A stretch of DNA of 59,971 nt. It comes from a virus (lineage: Duplodnaviria > Caudoviricetes). The position numbers were made by a program, and so were the translations under genes. The stretch covers positions 1 through 59,971 of the IMG/VR virus record IMGVR_UViG_3300048556_000258. One strand, given 5' to 3'. Each line of letters starts with the position of its first letter. Position 1 is the first letter of the stretch. Shown here piece after piece: positions 36,771 through 45,313 of this stretch. The notes beneath the pieces were generated by a model. That model was not told where the DNA came from, ran no database searches, and saw only the letters and a list, made by a program, of their open reading frames with translations.

Positions 36771-37031
36771 TTATACCTCTTGGTTAGCCAAATGTTCTGC
36801 GTAGGCTGTCTTGATTGCATCTGTATGTACTGCATTGCATATTGCTTGTACTTCTGCACTCTCATTGGCTAAGTCATCTGCACTTATATTAGGTGCAACA
36901 ACGTGCCTTGAGAAGCTTCTGCTTATCTCTGTGCCATCTCTCTTGATAACTGTGGCAGTTCTTACTTGAACGTGCTTGAAACCACCTACGACTTCTATTT
37001 TGTCTTGTATTGTCTCTTCTGTTAATGCCAT
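36771..37031 (-). CDS. Small fibre-associated/chaperone-like protein
   Basis: MALTEETIQDKIEVV...VQVRTATVIKRDGTEISRSFSRHV; follows a fibre gene. Confidence 0.75.
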   Translation of the reverse strand: MALTEETIQDKIEVVGGFKHVQVRTATVIKRDGTEISRSFSRHVVAPNISADDLANESAEVQAICNAVHTDAIKTAYAEHLANQEV

Positions 37032-37079
37032 TTTTATCTCCTTTTGGTTAATGGACTGACTACCCTATATCCAATAGGG

Positions 37080-38969
37080 TTATGCTGTTTTATATGTAAT
37101 AGAAACTGCAAACCTGTCACTTGCTCCTATGTGGGTATCACTTAAACTAGCTGCTCCTCCTCCAGAAATTGATACTCTAAATTGAAATACAGAAGCCCCA
37201 GTTGTAACATACGGACAACAGTCCACTGTATTAGTAGGATAGGTTACACCACCACTACTTGAATCAAAAATAACACCACCACCTGCACTTCTTTCAGCTA
37301 AACCACTAGTGTCCCCAGAAGCAAAAGGTAAGCTGACAAGAATAGTGCCAACGGCTGTTGAGGCTGTTATGTGAATTTGACCTTGAACATGAACTGTATT
37401 TCCAATTTTAGTATACAAAAGATATGTAGCACTATCACCAGTTGTCATACTGCCAGATGTACCTCCAGTTATAGTCGGTTGGTATGAACCCTCTTCATAG
37501 TCATCAAGCTCATTTGCTGAACCAGTGCCACCTAAATGAATACCACCTGAAATATAAATGTGCCTAAATCTCTCAGATGTATTTCCTAAATCATTAGCAT
37601 TATCAGTTAAAGGATATACATGACCATCAAATTTAGCTTGTGAGTTTGCACCAGAACCTCCAAATAATTGTAGTATGTTGTTACTAGCACCTGCAACATT
37701 AAAAAACATATCATCTGTTGCTGTAATTACTAAATCAGTAGTGTTATCATTACCAATACTTCCTACAGCAGTGTTGTCTTTCCTAAACTCTACAATAGTT
37801 CCATCATTTGTTTCTCTGTTTAAAAATAAAGAAATATTGCTATCTCTAGTAAAAGAAGCATACCCAGAAGAGCCAAGAGTTATCCCTGGAAATTCTGCTC
37901 CAGTAGAAGTTTTCCCCACCAACACGTTGCCACTGCTGTCTATTCTCATGCGTTCTGCACCACCAGTGTGAATTGTTATTAAGTCTGAACCCTCAAACTG
38001 TATGCCAGTATTACCATCATTTTGACCATATATATTTGAAGTTAATACACTACCTGATAGGTAGAGGTCTTTGAAGCGACCTGCAGGTTCACCTAAATCT
38101 ATTGCTCCATTTATTTTTGCACCAGTAGTAGCATTTACTGAATAAATGCTATTATCACCATCATGAAATCTTAATCCAGTATCACCAGTACCAATATATA
38201 AATCTCCATTTGAAGTACCAATACTTCCTACAACAGTGTTGTCTTTTCTAAACTCAATTAAATTGCCATCACTTGTTTTTCTATTAAGAAACATATTAGT
38301 ATTGTTGTCTCTTGTAGAAACTATAGTACCACTTCCCTCAATTTCAGTTCCTGCGACATTTGCAGTTTGGTCAGTCTTGCCCACCAACAAGTTGCCACTA
38401 CTGTCTATTCTCATGCGTTCTACATTATTTGTATAAAAACTCATAGGAATATTTATCAATGTTTTAATGAATAATTCAGTTGAACGGCTTTGAAATTGAC
38501 TATAAGTAGTTCCACTGTCGTTGCTTTCAAAATTTAATTGACCTATGTTATCTGCACTTCTTCCTCTTAGTTGTATTCCATTAGCTGAACTATCAGAAAC
38601 TACATCTAAAGGAAAATTAGGACTACTAGTACCAATACCTACATTACCTGCACTATCAATTTGTAAATGAACATCTCTTGATGTGTTGTTTGAGGAGTAA
38701 GTTCCTAACTCAAGATTATTTCCAGTGCCACCACCAACAAACTTATGTCTAGAACCACTAGTAAATTTTATATCATCAGCAGTTATAACCTCACCAGATA
38801 CATCAAGTGTTCCGTCTATATCAGTATTATCAAGATTGGTTATTCCATCTATATCTGCATTTCCACTAACATCAAGAGAACCAGCATCAACCTCACCACT
38901 AAACGTACCTGTAGTGGTATCAATAACAGTTGCAATAATGTCAGCAGGTTTTTTACCTATATATGGCAT
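37080..38969 (-). CDS. Tail fibre with internal 155-aa duplication
   Basis: MPYIGKKP anchor; ERMRIDSSGN(L/V)LVGKT twice; LDDYEEG...YTKIGNTVHV tip. Confidence 0.8.
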   Translation of the reverse strand: MPYIGKKPADIIATVIDTTTGTFSGEVDAGSLDVSGNADIDGITNLDNTDIDGTLDVSGEVITADDIKFTSGSRHKFVGGGTGNNLELGTYSSNNTSRDVHLQIDSAGNVGIGTSSPNFPLDVVSDSSANGIQLRGRSADNIGQLNFESNDSGTTYSQFQSRSTELFIKTLINIPMSFYTNNVERMRIDSSGNLLVGKTDQTANVAGTEIEGSGTIVSTRDNNTNMFLNRKTSDGNLIEFRKDNTVVGSIGTSNGDLYIGTGDTGLRFHDGDNSIYSVNATTGAKINGAIDLGEPAGRFKDLYLSGSVLTSNIYGQNDGNTGIQFEGSDLITIHTGGAERMRIDSSGNVLVGKTSTGAEFPGITLGSSGYASFTRDSNISLFLNRETNDGTIVEFRKDNTAVGSIGNDNTTDLVITATDDMFFNVAGASNNILQLFGGSGANSQAKFDGHVYPLTDNANDLGNTSERFRHIYISGGIHLGGTGSANELDDYEEGSYQPTITGGTSGSMTTGDSATYLLYTKIGNTVHVQGQIHITASTAVGTILVSLPFASGDTSGLAERSAGGGVIFDSSSGGVTYPTNTVDCCPYVTTGASVFQFRVSISGGGAASLSDTHIGASDRFAVSITYKTA

Positions 38970-38970
38970 A

Positions 38971-39309
38971 TTATGTTATCTCCATTATACTCATAGTCGC
39001 ACTGATCTTATCAGCTATAGAAGAAGAAACCTTTACTATGTCTGTCGTCTCAACAACTATTTTATTACCAGACATAATCTCTAAACTACCCCCAACTGGA
39101 ATAGGAGCATCTTTAATTACAGTCGATGTAACACTAGCACTTGTATCTACGATTTCAACAGTAGCCGATACTTGGGCTGTATGAACATTACAAAGAGTCA
39201 ATCCTAATATTATAGTGGTTGTCGAACTAGGAACTGTATACAAAGCATCTGTCGTATCTGCAACCGAGGACATCACTGCATTGTTTACTAGTTTAAATGT
39301 ATTAGCCAT
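38971..39309 (-). CDS. Small virion/tail structural protein
   Basis: MANTFK...YTVPSSTTTIILGL...IKDAPIPVGGSLEIM.GNKIVVETTD. Confidence 0.75.
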   Translation of the reverse strand: MANTFKLVNNAVMSSVADTTDALYTVPSSTTTIILGLTLCNVHTAQVSATVEIVDTSASVTSTVIKDAPIPVGGSLEIMSGNKIVVETTDIVKVSSSIADKISATMSIMEIT

Positions 39310-39319
39310 TCTTTATCTC

Positions 39320-40117
39320 CTATCCAAGAGCAATCGCAAGTGCAGTTGCTTCATTAGATGCCTCTGTTAATGTTGTTGCACCTATGTCATTTAATACTTC
39401 ACTAGCACTACGGCCCTCTACACTTGTGCCATTTATTCTTAAAAAATCATCATCCGCTACTGTTGAATCAGCAACCAAAACATTACCATTAGAAATACCA
39501 GTTGATAAAGTAGCTGTTGTAGTTATTGGCGTGCCATTTAACGTCATGGCATCAGCTTCTAATGTGCCATCTATATCTGCATCGCCAGATATATCCAAAG
39601 TTGCAGCATCGAGTTCACCAGTTAGCGTTACGTTTCTAAAACCAGTTATGTCTTTATTTATATCAACAACGGCTGCTTTAGATGCTGATATTGTACCAGC
39701 AGTAACGTCATCTATAGATTCTAAATCATTTTCATTTATATTAGCGTTACCAATTATAAAGCTATCTGCTGTTACAGAACCACTAATTGTTGTATTTCCA
39801 CTAGCATCTAAAAAAACTGTCTTTGCAGCTGGTAATGTACAAAAAACTGTTCTTGTACCTGCACTCCAGTTCACGGCACTGCCAGAATTAGAACTGGCTA
39901 ATATTGTTGTTCTTGCTAAAGTTGTACCAGAAGCAGTAAAAGTCCCAAGACCAACCTCAAAGTCTACATTGTCGGTACACGCATAATATGTTGTATCCCC
40001 GTCACTAAGATTGGCAGTAAAAGTCTCAAAACCAGTAACGGCACCACCTAATGTAAGGGTGCCAGTACCAGTTGTTGTGGTTGTTTCTTTTACTCTATCT
40101 GATATTACTAGTGCCAT
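39320..40117 (-). CDS. Tail fibre-proximal/adaptor structural protein
   Basis: MALVISDRVKETTTTTGTGTLTL...EVGLGT...LARTTIL.SSN; ends ALAIALG. Confidence 0.7.
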   Translation of the reverse strand: MALVISDRVKETTTTTGTGTLTLGGAVTGFETFTANLSDGDTTYYACTDNVDFEVGLGTFTASGTTLARTTILASSNSGSAVNWSAGTRTVFCTLPAAKTVFLDASGNTTISGSVTADSFIIGNANINENDLESIDDVTAGTISASKAAVVDINKDITGFRNVTLTGELDAATLDISGDADIDGTLEADAMTLNGTPITTTATLSTGISNGNVLVADSTVADDDFLRINGTSVEGRSASEVLNDIGATTLTEASNEATALAIALG

Positions 40118-40548
40118 TACTTCAACTCTATTGTCAGATTCCCTGCATTGATTCTAAATATATCACCATCAGCTATTGTTTTATTAGCATCCAAAGCTCC
40201 CACAAATAGTATGTTACCACTGCTAGAAGCATCTGCGACAAATACATGAGTGATTGTCTCTGTTGTGCCACCAGATGCTGGGTACTCAATATTTGCAGAG
40301 TTAGTGGCAGTTTGGGTGTCTGTGCTATCATCACCTATTGTAGTCCAGTTCGCTGCAGTAACTTGTTGTCTTGCATAATTTGTAAAGGTTGCTTCTGTTA
40401 ATGAACCAGTTTCAGCGGCGGATACGGCTGTTGCAAGACCAACGTAAATACTATCTCCTGGACTAGAAAAGCTTAGAGAATTATTCTTAAATATGTAATG
40501 TAATAATCTTCTCTCTAAATAGTTGCTTGCTGCATTTGCTGTTGCCAT
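40117..40548 (-). CDS. Virion tail structural protein
   Basis: SNYLE..LL...YVGL...YARQ...KTIADGDIFRINAGNL. Confidence 0.75.
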   Translation of the reverse strand: MATANAASNYLERRLLHYIFKNNSLSFSSPGDSIYVGLATAVSAAETGSLTEATFTNYARQQVTAANWTTIGDDSTDTQTATNSANIEYPASGGTTETITHVFVADASSSGNILFVGALDANKTIADGDIFRINAGNLTIELK

Positions 40549-40557
40549 TTTTAACTC

Positions 40558-41214
40558 CTATGTTCTTGGTCTGGAAGGTAGACCCATTCTATAGCCATCT
40601 GTATTTTCTCTTGCTTCTCCAAAGTCTTTTAGTCTTTCCATATATTGCATGTACAAATCCATATAATTTTTTATGACATCTGGCTCACCTTTCATAAAAG
40701 TATAAGCTTCTATAAGACATCCATATAACAATGCAAAAGGAGCGTTTGTACTTATCCAAGTTGTACCACCGTCTGCTCCTGCGGTCAAACTATCGGGTCT
40801 ATAATAATAATGTAGTTCTACCGCATAATTAGAGTCTGGAATGGGGGCCACAACAAAGTTAGATATGTCAAATTGTGCATAATATCTTGGTCTTCCTGTA
40901 GAAGAGGAACCATTATATGCTTCTTGTAAAAAGTTAACATCTTTGTGTAATAAAAACTGTTCACTTCCAGCCGTTGTTATTTGAAGAGAGAAAGAAGAAA
41001 GATAGTCTGTTGGTAAACTTAAATATTTATCATTTGAGGTAAAAGCAGACGTTACGTTTTTCCTGAATAAATCTAAATCTACCGATTTAAATATTTTTTC
41101 TTCAGCGGCTTTAATAAAATTATTAAGATTGTTAACAAATACAGTTTCATCATTATCTGTATAATCTTGTATAGCTGTTTTTAATTGTGCGTATGTAAAA
41201 CTCATTTTAAGCAC
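40558..41214 (-). CDS. Head-tail adaptor (tail tubular A-like)
   Basis: TYAQLKTAIQDY...FIKAAE..I...GRPRYYA...APIPD..Y.VELHY. Confidence 0.7.
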   Translation of the reverse strand: MLKMSFTYAQLKTAIQDYTDNDETVFVNNLNNFIKAAEEKIFKSVDLDLFRKNVTSAFTSNDKYLSLPTDYLSSFSLQITTAGSEQFLLHKDVNFLQEAYNGSSSTGRPRYYAQFDISNFVVAPIPDSNYAVELHYYYRPDSLTAGADGGTTWISTNAPFALLYGCLIEAYTFMKGEPDVIKNYMDLYMQYMERLKDFGEARENTDGYRMGLPSRPRT

Positions 41215-41710
41215 TCACCGTGGTTGGACCTGCTGTAGCTCGACTTCCTCCGCCTACAATACCACCTATTGTAGCGGTTTCTCCATTAGCTGTAAATGTA
41301 TAACTATCTGTAGTAACAACCGTAATCGTATAACCAGAATCTTGTTCTAAAACAGCTTTGGTAAAACCATCAAAACCATATACATTTCTAAACCTCACTG
41401 TATCACCTGTAGTTCTCCCATGACCAAACTCTCTTACAGTTATAACACTTGAGCCAGATGAGCTTGATATAAACGGGTTTAAAGGTAATAAGACTTCTAT
41501 AGGATTTTCTGTACGACTTGGTCTAGCATCTCGTAAAGCTTCGGGGTCTGCTACAGTTCTAAAAGGACCTAATTGAGGGTGTTTAGCCTCAAATTCATCC
41601 GGACCTACTAACGAACCATTCCACTCTTTTTTTAAATCACGATATTTATATCGCATACCGGATCTATCTGATATGCCATATGCGTGTTTTCCTGTAGCGA
41701 ACCTAGCCAT
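41207..41710 (-). CDS. Virion structural protein
   Basis: MARFATGKHAYGISDRSG.RY...EWNG.LVG.DEFE.KHPQL. Confidence 0.7.
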   Translation of the reverse strand: MARFATGKHAYGISDRSGMRYKYRDLKKEWNGSLVGPDEFEAKHPQLGPFRTVADPEALRDARPSRTENPIEVLLPLNPFISSSSGSSVITVREFGHGRTTGDTVRFRNVYGFDGFTKAVLEQDSGYTITVVTTDSYTFTANGETATIGGIVGGGSRATAGPTTVSA

Positions 41711-42378
41711 TAGTTAGATCTCAGATAAGAATATTGTGGACTTACCGTAAAACTAGAGCGATCCCTATCTTCTCCTATAGCTCTTTCAAACTCTTCTTCA
41801 TAAATCGCTTTTAACATTTGAGTTCTTTGTGGAGCTTTCTTTAAAGAAAGATAATATGCTAAACCAGCGGACAAACACGGGTAAAACCTAAAAGGAACAT
41901 CCATGGTATTGGTTTGAGTATCAACATCCTCTATTCTAGTAAGAGCATCATAATGAATAACATCTGTACTATTTTCTGGAGTAGGCCATATTTTTAAAGT
42001 AGGTGTTATCTGTCTATCAAGAAAAAACTGAGTCGGTCTACCCGTGGTAGACTTGTTAGGTATAGCTAAATCATCAGATCGACTAACTCTTGTCATAGAA
42101 AAGTCAGTACCGGATCGCCTTACAACTAAATTCAGAACATCTATTACATCTGTTCCTAAAGAATATTCTCGATCTCCTGACGTAAGTGCTTGTGTTCTTT
42201 GAGATATAGTCCATTGATTCAAACCTCTATTTGCCCATTCTGCAAACATAAGATTTAAAGAACGCCTAGCTGTAGTTAAATCATAACCTGTTCTTACTTC
42301 TAAACCGCATCTTTCAAAAGCTTCTTCTATGTATTCTGCGGCATCTAGCTCAAAATTTGTGGAATTAGATGTTGCCAT
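41710..42378 (-). CDS. Head-tail connector/adaptor-like protein
   Basis: IEEAFERCG...GYDL.TARRSLNL.FAEWANRGLNQW. Confidence 0.7.
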   Translation of the reverse strand: MATSNSTNFELDAAEYIEEAFERCGLEVRTGYDLTTARRSLNLMFAEWANRGLNQWTISQRTQALTSGDREYSLGTDVIDVLNLVVRRSGTDFSMTRVSRSDDLAIPNKSTTGRPTQFFLDRQITPTLKIWPTPENSTDVIHYDALTRIEDVDTQTNTMDVPFRFYPCLSAGLAYYLSLKKAPQRTQMLKAIYEEEFERAIGEDRDRSSFTVSPQYSYLRSN

Positions 42379-42379
42379 A

Positions 42380-42754
42380 TTAAGTCCTTACTCTTGTTTG
42401 TTTACGCCTGTTTTCCATAACAACCCCACAACCTCTGGCAACCACGGTTCCTTTACCTGTTTTACCTTTGTAAGGTCTTTTAGCTTTAGTTGAAGGCACT
42501 TCTCCTCCAAAACTCATTTTTGTAACTTTTGCGGATTTAGTGTTTGCAACAAAAGTTTTACCTTTTGCCCCTTCTTTTTTCTTTTTTTTAGCGGTAGAAG
42601 CCCGTTGTGATTGAGATAAACTATTGGCCTTGGATCTAGGTAAGCATCTGTCGGGATTTTTTTTATCTTTGGAAGTACCGCACTTGCCTTTAATCTTACC
42701 ATCTGTGCCTATTCGTACCCAATCTTGTTTTACCCAATCTTTAAGAGCACCCAT
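42380..42754 (-). CDS. Small highly basic virion-region protein
   Basis: LKDWVKQDWV...KCG...RCLP; Lys-rich; MSFGGEV and ARGCG motifs. Confidence 0.7.
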   Translation of the reverse strand: MGALKDWVKQDWVRIGTDGKIKGKCGTSKDKKNPDRCLPRSKANSLSQSQRASTAKKKKKEGAKGKTFVANTKSAKVTKMSFGGEVPSTKAKRPYKGKTGKGTVVARGCGVVMENRRKQTRVRT

Positions 42755-42978
42755 TACTTTTTCCTTTTTGATCCTTTAGCGTAGTTAGGGTCTTTACAAT
42801 ACTTTGAAGCGGCCATGTTGGCGTAAGCACTCGGATATGTATCAAAAGTTCTTTTAGCCCATGCTTTACCCGCAGGACATATTTTACTACCTTTGCTCTT
42901 GGCAGCACCACCTTTTTTGAAATACGTTACAGATAATTTAGAGGGTTTTGGCCCGGTTCTTACTCTACTAGTGTTCAT
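42754..42978 (-). CDS. Small basic protein (start MNTSRV)
   Basis: TAATG overlap with the upstream stop at 42978; FKKGG, ICPAGKAWAK...YPSAYAN. Confidence 0.7.
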   Translation of the reverse strand: MNTSRVRTGPKPSKLSVTYFKKGGAAKSKGSKICPAGKAWAKRTFDTYPSAYANMAASKYCKDPNYAKGSKRKK

Positions 42979-43172
42979 TAAAACAACTCCTGTACAATGG
43001 CAGCTCCTATAATCAAGGCCGCTAATCCCCACATTCTTGTGTCAAGAGCTTTTAAATGACTTTTTTGATCATCCAATCGTTCTTCTATTCTTTTATATCT
43101 AAGATTACACTCGGCCTCGTGTTTAGCTAATTCCGACATTACGTCTTGTGCAGTTAATTTATCCTTAGGCAT
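42978..43172 (-). CDS. Small coiled-coil membrane-anchored protein
   Basis: HEAECNLRY..IE.RL...MWGLAALIIGAAIV. Confidence 0.7.
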   Translation of the reverse strand: MPKDKLTAQDVMSELAKHEAECNLRYKRIEERLDDQKSHLKALDTRMWGLAALIIGAAIVQELF

Positions 43173-43456
43173 TAGCACTTCCACCTTCTTCTAGCTTGCC
43201 GTAAACGACTGTTAGGATTCTTTGCAGCTTTAGGAAACTTTTTCATTTGACCCGCACTTCTGGCACAATATGATTTTCTTCTTTTAGCGTCCTTACTACC
43301 CTTCTTCACCTTACCCGTTACAGCGGTCTTTAAATTACTTCCAGGGTTATCTCTCTTATACCTAGCAACACCCGCTTTAGTCATCCCCGCTCCAGATTTA
43401 GTGGAGCGGAAATATTTTTTTGTTTTAGGCGGTTGTTTATCTGCTTTTCTGGGCAT
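43172..43456 (-). CDS. Small basic protein (DUF6321-like)
   Basis: GAGMTKAGVARY...NPGSNLK...RRKSYCARSAG...SRLRQARRRWKC. Confidence 0.75.
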   Translation of the reverse strand: MPRKADKQPPKTKKYFRSTKSGAGMTKAGVARYKRDNPGSNLKTAVTGKVKKGSKDAKRRKSYCARSAGQMKKFPKAAKNPNSRLRQARRRWKC

Positions 43457-43740
43457 TATGATAAAAATAAAGTTATTTTATTTCCTGAACCTGTAAAAGC
43501 TGAGATATAAGCCCCACTTTCTGCTAATATCCCATTACTTGGAATATTAAGCGTGTGCAATCCTGTAGGAAAGCTTTGTTGTAATAAGGTTGAACCACCA
43601 CTACCATTAGTTATGGTCAACGCTCCCGCAGCATTTCCAAAAATTACAATTTGCCTGATCCTTGATCTTGAAGGCCCCACAACCGCCGCGGCGTCGCCTT
43701 GGTCGTGGTTAAAGGCTTTTACGTCCGATGCTGTCGCCAT
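43456..43740 (-). CDS. Small virion structural protein
   Basis: SDVKA...SRIRQI...IPSNGIL; GGAGG RBS. Confidence 0.7.
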   Translation of the reverse strand: MATASDVKAFNHDQGDAAAVVGPSRSRIRQIVIFGNAAGALTITNGSGGSTLLQQSFPTGLHTLNIPSNGILAESGAYISAFTGSGNKITLFLS

Positions 43741-43752
43741 AATGGCCTCCTA

Positions 43753-44259
43753 TTATTGATCACCAAAAGTTGGAGCAGTTGCAGAAACTACGTTCCCCCA
43801 AACATACCAGTTAGTTGAATCTTTAGCGACTATGTTGATTTCCATAATACCAAAATCAATTAAGGTAAGTACTGAATTTGAGTTTCCATCTGAGTAGACA
43901 GATACGTTATCCGCATTTGTATCTAAGTGTTGAACACCCCCAATAAAGAAGTTAGTATCTGAACCAGTGTCAATAATTAGGTTTTCTGTTTCCTCTGCAG
44001 CACCACCGTATATAAATTTAAAAGTAGCTCCTGCTGTTGGAGAAGGAAGTGTGATTGTTCTATTAGCGGCTACCGCAGGTACCGCAATAACTCTACCACT
44101 ATGTGTCGCATTATCCAGAGTCTTATCTTCGTCTCCTAATGCTACGGGCGCATCACCCATAGTCATGACTTCTGTTATAGTTCCAGTAGTAGCATTTTTG
44201 CTAATAGTTTTAATTGTGCTTTCAGATCTAATAGGACCTGAGAATGTTGAGTTAGCCAT
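43753..44259 (-). CDS. Capsid-associated/decoration-like protein
   Basis: MANSTFSGPIRSE N-terminus; immediately after the major capsid gene. Confidence 0.7.
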   Translation of the reverse strand: MANSTFSGPIRSESTIKTISKNATTGTITEVMTMGDAPVALGDEDKTLDNATHSGRVIAVPAVAANRTITLPSPTAGATFKFIYGGAAEETENLIIDTGSDTNFFIGGVQHLDTNADNVSVYSDGNSNSVLTLIDFGIMEINIVAKDSTNWYVWGNVVSATAPTFGDQ

Positions 44260-44268
44260 GTTTAATCT

Positions 44269-44311
44269 CCTTGTCGTGGCAAATGTCAGTTACACCATGT
44301 AACTGTCAAGG
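44269..44311 (-). promoter_or_regulatory. Structured 5' leader that can sequester the RBS
   Basis: CCUUG-A-CAGUUACA-UGG-UGUAACUG-ACAUUUGCCACGA-CAAGG(AG). Confidence 0.5.
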
Positions 44312-44328
44312 TTTATTCTATTATACAC

Positions 44329-44358
44329 AAAAAAAGAAGGGCGGCAAGTGCCGCCCTT
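44329..44358 (-). terminator. Intrinsic terminator after the major capsid gene, overlapping a promoter
   Basis: AAGGGCGGC-ACTT-GCCGCCCTT then CTTTTTTT; TTGCCG-16nt-TATAAT embedded. Confidence 0.85.
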
Positions 44359-44387
44359 AAAACTGGTGCATTTAAAATGCTTGGAGG

Positions 44388-45299
44388 CTACGCTGCACCA
44401 GGTGTTCCAAATAAACATCTCCAGTCTGAAAAACCGAAGCTGTATCTTTCTCTTGCCTTAAAACGCATATTTCCAGTGTCAAAATCACCTTCCATAGCTG
44501 TCTTAATAGCTGCTCTGTTAAAGTACTTTAGACCATTTGGAGCGTCTGTTTTGATAAAGAACGCATCTGTATCAGTTAAGAAATGGTTTACAACGGCACC
44601 TTCTGGTAACATTCCCATGTTCTTAATTGCATTTGCATCATTATCTGAAGTTCCCGGTCTTAAAGCGCTGTTTAACACTCTTTCAGCAATAAATTGTAAC
44701 TCTTTTGGAATTATCAACTTAGTGCCTCTTACAGCAATTTTTAAGCCTCTCTCATCCTGTAAACCAGCAATGTCGATCAAAGCTTGCTCTAGCGAAGTCT
44801 CGTTTAAGTCTGCCGCTGTAGACAAGATGTTGCTCTGATTACCGCTGATTGTTGGGTGAGCGCTACTTAGTAAAGCAACTCCATCGCCGCCTGCAGAAGC
44901 TCCTGCAGTAAAAGCGTTGTTTAACACAGATGCAGCTTTAATTTGCTTTGTCTGTGCCATGGATCTTGCTAATGCTTTTGTGTAACGACCTGCAAGTCTG
45001 TCATAAAGATTATCCTCAATAGCTTCTTCTGTAATTGAGAAAGCTAATGCAATAGTCTCATGTGTGTATCTTGCAGTGAAGGTTTCTTGTGCGTCATCGA
45101 AGCTAATCGCTCCACCCTCTGCTTTAGACGGTGCAGTTGAAAAGCCTGCTAACATCACTTCTTCTTCAAACGCTCTATCTGATGATTCCTCATCAAATAT
45201 CTCTGCGTGTTCGTTTTCATAACGATCGTACTCTAGACCAAACAGGGCGTTAAGTCCAGGTTCTAGCTCTTTCGCTAATTGTGCTCTTGATATAGCCAT
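44388..45299 (-). CDS. Major capsid protein
   Basis: MAISRAQLAKELEPGLNALFG...FSITEEAIEDNLY...DFDTGN.RFKARERYSFG; followed by a strong terminator. Confidence 0.88.
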   Translation of the reverse strand: MAISRAQLAKELEPGLNALFGLEYDRYENEHAEIFDEESSDRAFEEEVMLAGFSTAPSKAEGGAISFDDAQETFTARYTHETIALAFSITEEAIEDNLYDRLAGRYTKALARSMAQTKQIKAASVLNNAFTAGASAGGDGVALLSSAHPTISGNQSNILSTAADLNETSLEQALIDIAGLQDERGLKIAVRGTKLIIPKELQFIAERVLNSALRPGTSDNDANAIKNMGMLPEGAVVNHFLTDTDAFFIKTDAPNGLKYFNRAAIKTAMEGDFDTGNMRFKARERYSFGFSDWRCLFGTPGAA

Positions 45300-45313
45300 T
45301 GTTTAAACCCTCC

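Larger units (their letters stand above)
31865..38642. repeat. Dispersed 23-nt direct repeat GGACTACTAGTACCAATACCTAC in fibre genes
   Basis: Copies at 31865, 32144, 32618, 38620 (exact) and 32375 (1 mismatch). Confidence 0.85.

Noticed and set aside
37753-38421. Duplicated blocks as a DGR template/variable repeat pair
   Set aside because: No reverse transcriptase, both copies lie within one CDS away from the C-terminus, and matches are short
42979-43032. Extended start of the 42754..43032 ORF
   Set aside because: It overlaps the upstream gene; TAATG coupling supports ATG 42978
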